Positions 18,511 to 28,661 are shown, counted from the stretch's first letter. The stretch: DNA of 64,000 bases from an uncultured Gemmatimonadaceae bacterium (GCA_964487785.1 CAZASU010000003.1:353-64352), one strand, 5' to 3'. Notes: generated from the letters alone by a model not told the origin. Translations and numbers: made by a program.

Positions 18511-19878
18511 ATGATCCTCTCACTTCGCTCCCTCCAAGCAGCCGCTGTGTTGGCCCTGCTTCCCCTGGGCGCCTGCGGTCTCCTCGACACCGATCAGCCG
18601 AATATCATCGATCCGGGCGAGATCAACTCCCCCGAGGGAGCCCAGGCTCTGCGGGAGGGCGCCATCGCCGACTTCGGCTTTGCCAAGGACGGGGACGGTA
18701 CCCAGTTCGACGATGGTCTGATCCTGACGGGCGGGCTGCTGACGGATGAATTCATTCACTCCACCACACCGCCCTCGCAGCAGGAAATCGACCAGCGCAC
18801 CACGGCGCTCATCAACCCCACGCTCTCTGACGTCTACCGCAACCTGCATCAGGCGCGCAGGGGGCTCGAGGTCGCCGCCGCCGCGCTCCGGCAGTTTCTG
18901 GTGGCCCCCGATGACACCCCCGATATCGCCGAGACGCAAAGCCTGGCCGGCTTCACCTACGTGTACTTCGGCGAGACCTTCTGCTCCGGGGTGCCTTTCA
19001 GCCGGGTGAGCGGCGACAGCCTGATCTTCGGCGCACCCGAAACCACCCCCCAGATCTTCGATCGCGCACTGGCCTCGTTTGACGCGGCCCTCGCCGAGCC
19101 GGGGCTGGCGAATGACGATGGAACCATCACCAGCCTTGCGTCCGTGGGACGGGCCCGTGCCCTGGTCAATCTGGGCCGGTTTGCCGAGGCGGCCGCGGCC
19201 GTGGCGGCCGTGCCTACCGATTTCGTCTACGCCACGGAGCACGCCGAGTCTCCGCTTCGGCTGCAAAACGCCATCTGGTCGTACACCAACCAGGGGTTGT
19301 GGTCGGTGGCCGATGTGGAGGGCGGCGTCGGACTTCCCTTCTTTTCCGCTGGGGACGCCCGGGTGCCCGCGGATACCCTGGACGACGACGGCGACGGGGT
19401 AGCCGATACCGGGCTGGACCTCATCACCACCCAGGTCAACCTGTTCAAGTATCCCGACGCCGGCGCGGACGTGTCGGTCGCCGATGGCGTCGAGGCACGG
19501 CTTATCGAGGCCGAGGCGCAGCTTCAAGCGAGTGATCTCAGCGGGATGACTACGACGCTCAGTGACCTGCGGGCGGCATTCCCAGACCTGGACCCGCCGT
19601 TGGATCCCCTGGCTGCGCCCGGTACCCCGGCGGAGGGAGAGGACCTCCTCTTCGCCGAGCGGGCGTTCTGGCTCTACGCGACGGGCCACCGGCTGGGCGA
19701 CATGCGTCGCCTCATCCGACCAGTTGCCCTGGGCGGGTACGGCAGGGCCGAGGACACGGTTTTCCCCAATGGTGCGTATCACAAGGGTGGAGCGTACGGA
19801 TCGGACGTGAACCTTCCGATTCCTATCGAGGAGCAGAACAATCCGAATTCGGTGGGGTGTCTCGACCGAAACCCATAG
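18511..19878 (+). CDS. SusD/RagB-like outer-membrane lipoprotein
   Basis: 455-aa ORF starting 12 nt after the SusC-like gene. Lipobox LLPLGAC. Size and position are typical of a SusD partner. No diagnostic motif can be read by eye. Confidence 0.6.
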   Translation: MILSLRSLQAAAVLALLPLGACGLLDTDQPNIIDPGEINSPEGAQALREGAIADFGFAKDGDGTQFDDGLILTGGLLTDEFIHSTTPPSQQEIDQRTTALINPTLSDVYRNLHQARRGLEVAAAALRQFLVAPDDTPDIAETQSLAGFTYVYFGETFCSGVPFSRVSGDSLIFGAPETTPQIFDRALASFDAALAEPGLANDDGTITSLASVGRARALVNLGRFAEAAAAVAAVPTDFVYATEHAESPLRLQNAIWSYTNQGLWSVADVEGGVGLPFFSAGDARVPADTLDDDGDGVADTGLDLITTQVNLFKYPDAGADVSVADGVEARLIEAEAQLQASDLSGMTTTLSDLRAAFPDLDPPLDPLAAPGTPAEGEDLLFAERAFWLYATGHRLGDMRRLIRPVALGGYGRAEDTVFPNGAYHKGGAYGSDVNLPIPIEEQNNPNSVGCLDRNP

Positions 19879-19884
19879 CTCGGA

Positions 19885-20262
19885 TCAGTACACCGTGAAG
19901 CTGGAGTGATCGAGATCGTTCTCCAGCGTCCACGTGATCGTCTGGCCCGGCAGCACCAGGATGGTCTCGGTGGTGTACGACGCCCCTGCCACCGGCAGGG
20001 CTCGGAGCCGGACCCCGCTTCCGGTATTCAGCCGCTGTGAGGGGAAGGCAAGGCTGACGGTGCGGAGCGAGGTGACCATCCCCAGCCGCTGAGGAAGCCC
20101 GCCCGCCATCAGGTAGATCGTGATATCGCTCCAGTTGTGGTTCTCGACTTCGACCGAGACCTCGGATCTGGCAGGAGCTGGATTTTTCGAAGAGAAGGAG
20201 CCGCAGCCCAGGGTCGGGGACGCCAGGGTGGCAACGGCGAAAACGAGGCGAATGGCGAGCAT
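19885..20262 (-). CDS. lipoprotein, unknown function
   Basis: 125-aa ORF. N-terminus MLAIRLVFAVATLASPTLGCGSF (lipobox). Confidence 0.5.
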   Translation of the reverse strand: MLAIRLVFAVATLASPTLGCGSFSSKNPAPARSEVSVEVENHNWSDITIYLMAGGLPQRLGMVTSLRTVSLAFPSQRLNTGSGVRLRALPVAGASYTTETILVLPGQTITWTLENDLDHSSFTVY

Positions 20263-20280
20263 TGGAAACCTCCCCGACGC

Positions 20281-22347
20281 TCAGTGCGTCGCGGCTTGAG
20301 CTCCTTGCTTTGTAAGATAGCGGCTATACCAGCCCAGGTACCGCTGGAGCCGGTCCCGCCGGTAGCTCGGTTTCCGGATCTCGTGAAACTCCCCAGGATA
20401 GATCACCAGCTCGGTTTCGCGTCCCAGGCTCCGGAGCGCCTGGTACATCTGCTCCGAGTTGAGCAGCGGGACGTTGAAGTCCTGGTCGCCGCAGAGGAAC
20501 AGCGTAGGGGTGATGATCCGGTCGGCGTGGAAGAAGGGGAACGAGACCCTGGTATAGGCCTCGGGATTGGTCCACGGTGAGCCCAGCTCCGCCTCGTACT
20601 CCCGAACGTACTGGTCGGTGCCGTAACCGGCGAGCGCATTCGACTGCCCTGCCCCGCTGATGGCCGCCTTGAACCGCCGGTCGCGTGCAATGACCTGGTT
20701 GGTGAGAATGCCACCGTAGCTCCAGCCGCCCACACCGAGCCGCCCGGGATCGGCAACCCCCGCGGCAACCGCGTAGTCCACCGCGGCCAGCACGTCCTGC
20801 CCATCCTTGTTCCCCCAGTCAGCCCAGATGCCGGTGGAGAACTTCTCGCCCCGCCCCGAGCTTCCGCGCGGGTTGGCCGCGACGACCGCGAAGCCCTCGG
20901 CGGCGAGAAGCTGCCACTCCAGGTCGAACTCATTGGAGAACTGGTACACCGGACCGCCATGGATCTTGAGCACCGCCGGGACCCTCGTGCCTACCCGGTA
21001 ATCGACAGGGCGCACCAGGAATCCATGAATCGGGGTGCCGTCGCGGCTCTTGAAGGAGATCTCCTCGACCGGAGCCAGCCGGACACCCGCGAGCCAGTTA
21101 TCGTTCTGCCGCGAGAGCCGCCGGAGCCCTCCACCTTCGATCGCGAACACTTCGGCCGGCACGGTAGGCGTACTGGCCAGCACGGCCACCTTCCCGCCGG
21201 GACCAACGGAGAGGTCGCTCACGAATCCGCGGCCCCGGGTAAGCTGCGCGACCTTACCACCGCCCGACGGCACACTGGCCACATCGGTGACCCGGTCATC
21301 CTCGAGCAGAAAGAGGATCGAGGCGCCATCAGCCGACCACACCGGCGATAGCACATTGCGGTCGAGCGCCGGTGTCAGGACGCGGGCCGGACCGCCCGCC
21401 GCCGGCACCACCGCCACCTTCTGCCCGGCGTAATAGATCAGCTTGAGCGGGCCGCCTTGCACGTATGCCAGCTGCTTGCCATCGGGGCTCCACGAGGGTG
21501 CGCGGCCACCCCACTGGGGATCCAGGTCGGGACCCTCGAAGGTGGTGAGCTGCCGCGGCGAAGCGCCGCCGCGCGCCTCTACCAGGTAGAGATCCCAGTT
21601 GTTGGTTCGGTCGAACTCCGGACGGCGCTTGCTGACGAACGCGATCGAGCGGCTGTCCGGCGACCAGGCAGGCGCCCCTTCGTTGTAATCGCCGGGGGTG
21701 AGGAGCTCGGCCTTGCGGCTCGAAAGATCGAAGAGGTATAGATGGTCCCGCCGATGGTCGAGATAGCCGGTCTCATCCTCCTTGAACTGGAACCGGTTCA
21801 AGACGATCGGCCGTGGCGTGGTCTTGAGGGTGGTATCCGAGGCGGTCGAGTCGGGGTCGGGATCGCTGACGAGCAGGGCCAGCCGCTTGCTGTCCGGTGA
21901 CCAGGCGTAGTCTGAAACCCCGCCCGGCAGATCGGTGATCCGCTCGGCTTCACCTCCCGAGCGGTCCAGCAGCCAGACCTGATCCACCTCGCGCGCATCA
22001 TCCCGATCGGAGAGAAACGTCAGATAGCGCCCGTCGGCGCTCCAGCGCGGCGTGTCCTCGCTCGACTTGCTGGACGTGAGCCGCACGCTCCGGGCTCCGT
22101 CCCAGCTCGTCATCCAGACGTCACTGTCGGCTTGGTCCTCGGACGTGTCCGGCAGGGATACCGTGTAAGCCACCCAGGCCCCATCGGGCGAGAGCTGCGG
22201 ATCGCTCACCTCCCGAAGGCGGTAGACATCATCCAGCTCCATCTTCCGCTGGGCCGGCGCCTGCCCCATGGCTGCCTGGGTTAGGAGAGCGCCCCAAAGA
22301 ACGACCGTAGACACCATGCTCCACATGTGGATCCACCCTTCGGGCAT
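20281..22347 (-). CDS. S9 family serine peptidase (prolyl oligopeptidase/acylaminoacyl peptidase type) with N-terminal beta-propeller
   Basis: Within ORF 20281..22395. Start uncertain (ATG at 22347, 22326 or 22317) but must follow the upstream stop at 22370. Catalytic GGWSYGG, later CGDQDFNVP and PGEFHEI. Repeated propeller-like SPDG motifs. Confidence 0.85.
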   Translation of the reverse strand: MPEGWIHMWSMVSTVVLWGALLTQAAMGQAPAQRKMELDDVYRLREVSDPQLSPDGAWVAYTVSLPDTSEDQADSDVWMTSWDGARSVRLTSSKSSEDTPRWSADGRYLTFLSDRDDAREVDQVWLLDRSGGEAERITDLPGGVSDYAWSPDSKRLALLVSDPDPDSTASDTTLKTTPRPIVLNRFQFKEDETGYLDHRRDHLYLFDLSSRKAELLTPGDYNEGAPAWSPDSRSIAFVSKRRPEFDRTNNWDLYLVEARGGASPRQLTTFEGPDLDPQWGGRAPSWSPDGKQLAYVQGGPLKLIYYAGQKVAVVPAAGGPARVLTPALDRNVLSPVWSADGASILFLLEDDRVTDVASVPSGGGKVAQLTRGRGFVSDLSVGPGGKVAVLASTPTVPAEVFAIEGGGLRRLSRQNDNWLAGVRLAPVEEISFKSRDGTPIHGFLVRPVDYRVGTRVPAVLKIHGGPVYQFSNEFDLEWQLLAAEGFAVVAANPRGSSGRGEKFSTGIWADWGNKDGQDVLAAVDYAVAAGVADPGRLGVGGWSYGGILTNQVIARDRRFKAAISGAGQSNALAGYGTDQYVREYEAELGSPWTNPEAYTRVSFPFFHADRIITPTLFLCGDQDFNVPLLNSEQMYQALRSLGRETELVIYPGEFHEIRKPSYRRDRLQRYLGWYSRYLTKQGAQAATH

Positions 22348-22369
22348 GTAGCGGGCTGGATGGGACGCT

Positions 22370-23665
22370 TTAGGGCGCCTTGTAGACAGTCCCACCCTTC
22401 ATCACAAATCCGACCTTACCGAAGCTTGCCAGGTCCGCCATCGCGTCGCCTTCCACCGCAATGATGTCGGCGTATTTGCCGGCCGTGATAGATCCGACCC
22501 GATCCTCCCAGGCCATCAGCTGTGCGGCCACGATCGTGGCCGACTGGATTGCCGCCATCGGCGTCATTCCATACCGGACCATGTAGGGAAGCTGTTTCGC
22601 ATTCCACCCGTGCGGGTAGACCCCGCTGTCGGTTCCGTAGGCGATCTTTACCCCGGCAGCCACGGCCTTGCGAAAGCCCTGTCGCTGGGCCTCCGTCGTC
22701 TCATCGTTCTTGCGGAGGAACTCGGCCGGCCACTTCTGCTCCCGGCCCACGCTTGCGATGTAATCGCCGTTGTAGATGTCGGCTACGAGGTAGGTACCCC
22801 GTTCCTTCATCAGCGCTATGGCCTGGTCGTCCATCAGCGAGCCGTGCTCGATCGAGCGAACACCCGCTCGCACGGCGTTCTTGATCCCCTCTGCGCCATG
22901 GGCGTGCGCGGCGACGAAGGTGCCATACTGCGCTGCCTGGTCCACCGCGGCCTTGATCTCCTCCTCGGTGAACTCGGAGACCCCCGGTTTGGTCCCCCGG
23001 GTCAGCACCGCCCCGGTCGCCAGGATCTTGATGAAGTCGGCGCCACCGTTGAGCAACGCCCGAACCCTCTGGCGCACTTCAGGCACCGAGTTGGCCACCC
23101 CGAAACGGAAGTCCGGGGGGAGAACCACGTCGGCAGCCATCCCGGTCACTTCACCGGCTCCCGTCGAAACGGTGACGTAGGCACCGGCGACGGCCATTCG
23201 AGGCCCTATGACCGTGCCATCGTTGATGGCATCCCGGAGCGCAGCGTCGACGAACGCGCGATAGGTGCCGATGTCCCGCACGGTGGTGAAGCCCGCCAGG
23301 AGCGTCGCCCGGGCATTGCGCACGCCGCTGAACGCCTCCTGCGGACCGGAGCGCTCCAAGGGTGCCAGAGGAGGGCCGGTAATGTCGCCGATCAGGTGCG
23401 CGTGACAGTCGATGAGACCCGGCACGACGGTGTAGCGGGTAAGGTCGATCACCCGCGCGCCGGCTGGAATTCTGGCCGAGCCGGGCTGCACCGATTCGAT
23501 TCGCTCACCCCTCACCAGCACCAGTTGATCCCGGCGCACTTCCCCTTTTTCCGCGTCCACCAGGCGGCCGGCACGAATGGCCGTCATTTCCTGGGCGGCA
23601 ACCGCCGAGACGGGAGCGACGGTCGCGAGCGCCATCACGGCGAGCCGTGAGGTGAATCGCGTCAT
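22370..23665 (-). CDS. amidohydrolase-family metal-dependent hydrolase, secreted
   Basis: 431-aa ORF. Signal peptide MTRFTSRLAVMALATVAPVSAVAAQ. Metal-binding GLIDCHAHL and AAHAHG. Confidence 0.8.
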   Translation of the reverse strand: MTRFTSRLAVMALATVAPVSAVAAQEMTAIRAGRLVDAEKGEVRRDQLVLVRGERIESVQPGSARIPAGARVIDLTRYTVVPGLIDCHAHLIGDITGPPLAPLERSGPQEAFSGVRNARATLLAGFTTVRDIGTYRAFVDAALRDAINDGTVIGPRMAVAGAYVTVSTGAGEVTGMAADVVLPPDFRFGVANSVPEVRQRVRALLNGGADFIKILATGAVLTRGTKPGVSEFTEEEIKAAVDQAAQYGTFVAAHAHGAEGIKNAVRAGVRSIEHGSLMDDQAIALMKERGTYLVADIYNGDYIASVGREQKWPAEFLRKNDETTEAQRQGFRKAVAAGVKIAYGTDSGVYPHGWNAKQLPYMVRYGMTPMAAIQSATIVAAQLMAWEDRVGSITAGKYADIIAVEGDAMADLASFGKVGFVMKGGTVYKAP

Positions 23666-23762
23666 GGAAACTCCGGGGATATTGAATGAAAGTAAAACCC
23701 CGCGGGGAGAGGCTGACCCGCGGGTGTGCGCAATATATCGCTGGACTTCTTGGAGGGCGAAC

Positions 23763-24001
23763 CTACTCCTTGGGCTTGTTTACCTCGACCTTGGGCAAGG
23801 TCACTTCCTTCTTCTCGGTTCCGACCGTGGGGACGGTGATCGTGTCCTTCACGGTGCCGGTCTCAATGCTCGGCGTGTTCACCGTGTCCGTTTCGGTACC
23901 GATAACCGGCTTCTGAACTTCGTACTGCCCTTCACCCGTCTTCTTGCAGGCGCTGAGCGTTGTTAGCGCAGCCACCGCGACGACCAGCGTGAGCTTGTTC
24001 A
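23763..24001 (-). CDS. small Thr-rich lipoprotein
   Basis: GTG at 24001, six nt after GGAGG. VNKLTLVVAVAALTTLSACKK lipobox. Within ORF 23763..24206. Confidence 0.55.
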
Positions 24002-24324
24002 CGAGCGACCTCCACAGGAGAGACCACACAGTAGTAGAAAATCCGTGCTGAAAGTTTTGCCTAATCCCTCTCCCGGGGCGGTGTTGCGGATCACTTCCAT
24101 ACTGCTCGGACCGGCCGGGGGGGGGGTCTGAGGGGTGTTGTGAGGAGTTATCCTCAAAAAATGTAGACGATGTTGACAGGATTGTTCGTAAGTCATTCTG
24201 TAACAATATCCTTTACAATGGGGCGTGCCAATAAATTTGATAGCGACTGGGCTCACCGCGACCCCTCGTGACTCCAGGTAGACTGCACTGTATTGCATCA
24301 CTCAACCCTGACCGTGAGGTGCTC

Positions 24325-25002
24325 GTGATTGATTCTCTCCGATCTGCTGCTTTCGCCCTAGTCCTCGCCACCGCCGCCGGCACCGGATTGGCCGGGTGCG
24401 CCCGTAATGCGCAGCGCGGTCTGGTGATCGGTGCCGCGGGGGGAGCGGTGGCCGGTGGCATCATCGGCGCGGTGGCCGGCTCGACCGCAAAGGGGGCCAT
24501 CATCGGTGCTGCCGTAGGTGGCGCCGCCGGTGCCATCATCGGCGATCAAATGGACCGCCAGGCAGCGGAGTTGAAGCAGAATGTAAAGGGTGCCAAGGTC
24601 GAGCGCGTCGGAGAAGGAATTCAGGTGACCTTCGCGTCCGGCCTGCTCTATGACTTCGATTCCGACGCGGTGAAGGCCGAGTCGAAAACGAACTTGCGAG
24701 AATTGGCAAACAGCCTCGGCAAGTACCCCGATTCCGATCTGCTCATCCTGGGCCACACGGACAGCGTGGGAACCGCGGAGTACAACAAGCGTTTGTCGGT
24801 GAAGCGGGCGGATGCGGCCGCCGAGTATCTCATTTCCCAGGGCGTGCGCCGCTCTCGGGTTGGCACGGGCGGACTGGGTGAGGAGGAGCCGGTCGCCTCC
24901 AACGACACCGAGTCCGGCCGGGGCCAGAACCGCCGAGTCGAGGTGGCTATCTACGCCAGCGAGAAGCAGCGGAATGAGGCCAGGCGGAAGGCCGGCGGGT
25001 AA
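24325..25002 (+). CDS. OmpA-family protein with glycine-zipper N-terminal segment
   Basis: Within ORF 24268..25002. GTG 24325 follows GAGGTG. Lipobox GLAGC. Gly-zipper GAAGGAVAGGIIGAVAG. OmpA C-like GHTDSVGTAEYNKRLSVKRADAAAEYL and NRRVEV. Confidence 0.85.
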   Translation: MIDSLRSAAFALVLATAAGTGLAGCARNAQRGLVIGAAGGAVAGGIIGAVAGSTAKGAIIGAAVGGAAGAIIGDQMDRQAAELKQNVKGAKVERVGEGIQVTFASGLLYDFDSDAVKAESKTNLRELANSLGKYPDSDLLILGHTDSVGTAEYNKRLSVKRADAAAEYLISQGVRRSRVGTGGLGEEEPVASNDTESGRGQNRRVEVAIYASEKQRNEARRKAGG

Positions 25003-25003
25003 A

Positions 25004-25042
25004 CAGCGGGGCAGCGGGGCAGCATGCTGCCCCGCCGTCAGC
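25004..25042. terminator. GC-rich palindrome built from GCGGGGCA units (putative bidirectional terminator)
   Basis: cagcggggcagcggggcagcatgctgccccgccg sits between convergent stops at 25000-25002 and 25043-25045. Perfect stem gcggggcagc/gctgccccgc around the gcatgc centre. Confidence 0.6.
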
Positions 25043-25939
25043 CTAGTTCTGCACCAGAATCAAGTACTTCGACGGAGACCAGAACTCCTCGGGTGCTACG
25101 ATCTCGACCACGCCCTTCACCTCGCCCTTCGGGTTCACGTCTCCAGACAGGTATTCCGGGCTCTGGCGGGACACAATTTTGTATTTCTTGTCGATCCGGG
25201 GCAGCGCGATTGAAAGCGTCTGGGTCTTGTCGATCGCGGTGAACGCCGCTGGATTCAGGTTACGGGCGGGCTCGAGCCGGGTGCCTCCGAACACGAGGAA
25301 CTTGGAGCCTTCCTTGGTGACGACCCCATTCTTGATCAGCTCATCCCTGGTCCCAACCGCATAGTAGACCGTGTTCTTGTAGGTGATCAGGCTGGCGACG
25401 GATCCTCTGAGCGAGTTTCTCTCCTTGCCCAGCGTGTCGACCTGCCCGGCCAGCAACGCGATCTGGTTCCTTTGGTCCGCGATGATCGCCTCATTTTCCT
25501 CCCGCTGCTGCTCCGCGGCGGTCTTGAGGTCCTCGATGGTCTTCTTGTAGGTCGCGATCTGGGCCAGAAGCCTGGCGTTTCGGATTCTCGCGTTCTTGGC
25601 GCGGGTCTCGGTGGCCGTCAGCTTGGCTTCGCTCTCGTTGAGGCGCGCGATGACCTGCTGAATCCGAGCCAGCGTCGCCTTGCGCTCCTCACGATCCTGG
25701 ATGGCGCCCGGAAGGCCGGGGTCGGCGCCGTCGGAAGTGAGGGCCACGGTCTTGGCCTTGGCCAGCTCGCTGTTCAGGTCACTTACGAACCGGGTCGTTT
25801 CCAGCACCTCGGTCAGCAGGCTGTCCTTCTGCGCCTCTGCCGCCCGGGCCTCGGCCAGGGCCCTGGTCAGCTCCGATTGCCGCCGATCGCATCCGGTGAC
25901 GGTCATGGCGATCAACAAGATCAGGCCAGCGTACCTCAT
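25043..25939 (-). CDS. coiled-coil lipoprotein, unknown function
   Basis: 298-aa ORF. MRYAGLILLIAMTVTGC lipobox, followed by a long heptad-like Ala/Glu/Lys/Leu-rich region. Confidence 0.6.
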   Translation of the reverse strand: MRYAGLILLIAMTVTGCDRRQSELTRALAEARAAEAQKDSLLTEVLETTRFVSDLNSELAKAKTVALTSDGADPGLPGAIQDREERKATLARIQQVIARLNESEAKLTATETRAKNARIRNARLLAQIATYKKTIEDLKTAAEQQREENEAIIADQRNQIALLAGQVDTLGKERNSLRGSVASLITYKNTVYYAVGTRDELIKNGVVTKEGSKFLVFGGTRLEPARNLNPAAFTAIDKTQTLSIALPRIDKKYKIVSRQSPEYLSGDVNPKGEVKGVVEIVAPEEFWSPSKYLILVQN

Positions 25940-26088
25940 CTGGATCCTTTCGCATCTTTTTGACAGTAGGTGACTTACAAAGCTTCAGGACAGCGGGAAC
26001 GGCGCCCGGGCAAAGGACGTTTAGTCCCCTTCAGGAGGAGTATCGGCAGGTGCCAGCCAAAACTGTGCTTCGTGGGTTGGCGGGTATT

Positions 26089-26529
26089 TCAGTCGTCGTC
26101 GTCGCCCTGCCCGCCACCCTTGTTCTTCTTATCCCGCTCGAGCGCGGTCAGGACGAAGGTGGCGTTGAGCGCTGAGGCCGTTGCCACCCGAGCCTGGACT
26201 TGGAGAGTGCCGGTGCTGGTACCGAGGCGGACCTCGGCCGCTGCGAGACCTTCGCTGTCGGTCGTCGCCTCTCGGTCGACCTCTGCATCAGGGACGTCGT
26301 TGGTGAACTGAAATACGACCGAAACCCCAGAGATGGGCCGGGAGCTCGCATTGGTGAGCTTCACGACCAGTGGGTCGTCCAGCCTGCTGCCCACGGTCCC
26401 CTGTTGCCCATCTCCCGACCACGCCCGCAGGGCGGCAGGGGAGCTGTCATCGGGAAGCGTGAGGTCCCCGCCACATCCGGTGAGGGCGGCGGCAAGAACG
26501 ATCGAGAACAGTCGGGAGGGGATGCACAT
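26089..26529 (-). CDS. lipoprotein with Ig-like (Big/invasin-like) domain
   Basis: Within ORF 26089..26580; start at MCIPSRLFSIVLAAALTGCGG. GQQGTVGSRLDDPLVVKLTNASSRPISGVSVVF resembles bacterial Ig-like repeats. Acidic tail GDDDD. Confidence 0.5.
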   Translation of the reverse strand: MCIPSRLFSIVLAAALTGCGGDLTLPDDSSPAALRAWSGDGQQGTVGSRLDDPLVVKLTNASSRPISGVSVVFQFTNDVPDAEVDREATTDSEGLAAAEVRLGTSTGTLQVQARVATASALNATFVLTALERDKKNKGGGQGDDDD

Positions 26530-26613
26530 AGGTATCCATCCTGCTGCAAGACCTTGCATCGCAATGGTATGGACAAACATACGCCGACGACACCAGGCCC
26601 GAAAGGATATGGC

Positions 26614-27399
26614 TCACATACTCCGCATCCGGCGGCCGGTCACCCGGGCAATCAGCCAGCGGGGGGTAAAACGAAGCAGGAGGACGATGAACTTGTAGCG
26701 AATGCTGGGCACGCACACGACCGGCCAGCCCCGCTCGAGCGCTGCCAGCGACGTGTCGACGACGCTGGTGGCCGACAACCACATCCAGCCTGGGATATCG
26801 GCGGCGTTCACCCCCATCCGCCGGTGGAATTCGGAGTGGGTGAAGCCGGGACACAGCGCCTGTACCCGGACCCCGGTACCCGCGAGCTCCGCGGCCAGGC
26901 CCTCGCTGAAGGCCCTCAAGTACGCCTTGGTGGCGCAGTAGTTCACGTTGTTGGCGGAGGACAGGAACGAGGCCACCGAGGAGACGTTCACGATCGCCCC
27001 CCGCTGGTTCTTGAGCAACACGGGGAGCGCGGCCTGGGTTAGACGCATTGGCGCCATGGTATGAAGCTGAAGCATGGCTTCCTGGCGCGCTGGACTCGCA
27101 TCGGCCAGCGAGTCCCGAGTCCCGAAACCGGCGTTGTTCACCAGGACGGCAAGGTTGGGAGATCGCGCGAGCGTCTCTGCCAGGAGGCTCACGTCGGTAT
27201 CGATCGTGAGGTCGGCGGGAAAGACCTCCACCCCCACTCCGTACGCCTGTTCGAGCTCCTGCTTGAGCGCTTGCAGGCGATTGCCGTCTCGGGCCACCAG
27301 CAGCAAATCATGCCCCCGCGCAGCAAACCGCTCGCAGAATACCTTGCCGATCCCGGCCGAGGCTCCGGTTACTACCGCGAGTGGACGGACGTCGTTCAC
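26614..27399 (-). CDS. short-chain dehydrogenase/reductase (SDR)
   Basis: 261-aa ORF. TGASAGIGK cofactor motif, NNAG, and YCATKAY catalytic YxxxK. Start overlaps the upstream stop. Confidence 0.85.
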   Translation of the reverse strand: MNDVRPLAVVTGASAGIGKVFCERFAARGHDLLLVARDGNRLQALKQELEQAYGVGVEVFPADLTIDTDVSLLAETLARSPNLAVLVNNAGFGTRDSLADASPARQEAMLQLHTMAPMRLTQAALPVLLKNQRGAIVNVSSVASFLSSANNVNYCATKAYLRAFSEGLAAELAGTGVRVQALCPGFTHSEFHRRMGVNAADIPGWMWLSATSVVDTSLAALERGWPVVCVPSIRYKFIVLLLRFTPRWLIARVTGRRMRSM

Positions 27400-28661
27400 G
27401 CCTGGAGACCGCTGCGAGCTGCCGGCTCGAACGGACGGGGCGTCACTGGCGCCGAGGACACCGAACCCAGTGAGCGCAGCCTTCGGGCCGCCTCGAGGAG
27501 GATGTCGTCTGTCTTGCAGAAGACGAACCGCACCAGGGAATGCCCTCCCCCATCGCGGAAGAAGCTCGAGCCCGGCACCGGAGTTACCCCAATCTCACGT
27601 GAGAGCCAAACCGCGAACTCGGTATCCGAGAGCGCTGGACCCGAGCCGGCCGGGGTCGAGAGGCTGGAGAAGTCTGAGAGGATGTAGTACGCCCCCTCGG
27701 GAGGAGTGCAGGCAAATCCTGATTCGATCAATGCCCCATAGAGCAGGTCGCGCCGGGCTCGGTAGGCGGCGGCGAGCGCGTCATAGAACATCCGATCCAA
27801 CCCATCGAGCGCGGCCGCTACTCCCTCTTGGAGCGGGGCGGGCGCGCCAACGGTCAGGAAGTCATGGACTTTCCGGATGGCGTCGGTGAGCCCCGCCGGG
27901 GCCAGGATCCAGCCGATGCGCCAACCGGTGACGCTGAACGTCTTCGAGGCACCGCTGATAGTCACCGTGCGGTCCCGCATCCCCGGGAACGTGGCGAGCG
28001 GCAGGTGCTCGCCCTCGAACCGGATGTGCTCGTAAATCTCGTCGGTGACGGCCAGGACGTCGTACCGCACGCACAGATCACGGATCGCCTCCAGCTCGGC
28101 CCGGGAGAGCACCCGTCCCGCGGGATTGCTCGGTGTGTTGACGATGATGGCACGAGTCCTGGGGGAAAACGCTGCACCCAATCGCTCCAGGTCGAGCGGC
28201 CGGCCGGGCTCGAGCGGGACGTACACCGGCTTGGCGTCGGCCAGGATCGTGTCCGGGCCATAGTTCTCGTAGAATGGCTCGAAGACGATCACCTCATCGC
28301 CAGAATCCACCACGGCCAACAGCGTGGCGATCATCGCCTCGGTGGCCCCACACGTGACCGTGATCTCTCGCTCGGGATCCATCTCGAGCCCGTACCACGC
28401 GTGGTATTTCCGAGCCAGCGCCTCCCGGAGCCGCTGTGCTCCCCAGGTGATGGCGTACTGGTTGATGTCGTCGTGAATGGCCCGCGCGGCCGCGTCCTTC
28501 AGCATCTCGGGCGCGGGGAAGTTTGGAAAGCCCTGGGCGAGGTTGATCGAGCCGTACTCGCGGGCCAGGCGGGTCATGCCTCGAATGACCGACTCGCGGA
28601 AACCATGAGTACGTCGGGCGGTATGCAACGGCGGCTCCGCTTCTGGGGATGCCCGCGGCAA
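27396..28661 (-). CDS. class I/II pyridoxal-phosphate aminotransferase
   Basis: 421-aa ORF. NLAQGFPNFPAP, and SGASKTFSVTGWRIGW (PLP lysine context). Confidence 0.85.
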   Translation of the reverse strand: MPRASPEAEPPLHTARRTHGFRESVIRGMTRLAREYGSINLAQGFPNFPAPEMLKDAAARAIHDDINQYAITWGAQRLREALARKYHAWYGLEMDPEREITVTCGATEAMIATLLAVVDSGDEVIVFEPFYENYGPDTILADAKPVYVPLEPGRPLDLERLGAAFSPRTRAIIVNTPSNPAGRVLSRAELEAIRDLCVRYDVLAVTDEIYEHIRFEGEHLPLATFPGMRDRTVTISGASKTFSVTGWRIGWILAPAGLTDAIRKVHDFLTVGAPAPLQEGVAAALDGLDRMFYDALAAAYRARRDLLYGALIESGFACTPPEGAYYILSDFSSLSTPAGSGPALSDTEFAVWLSREIGVTPVPGSSFFRDGGGHSLVRFVFCKTDDILLEAARRLRSLGSVSSAPVTPRPFEPAARSGLQA

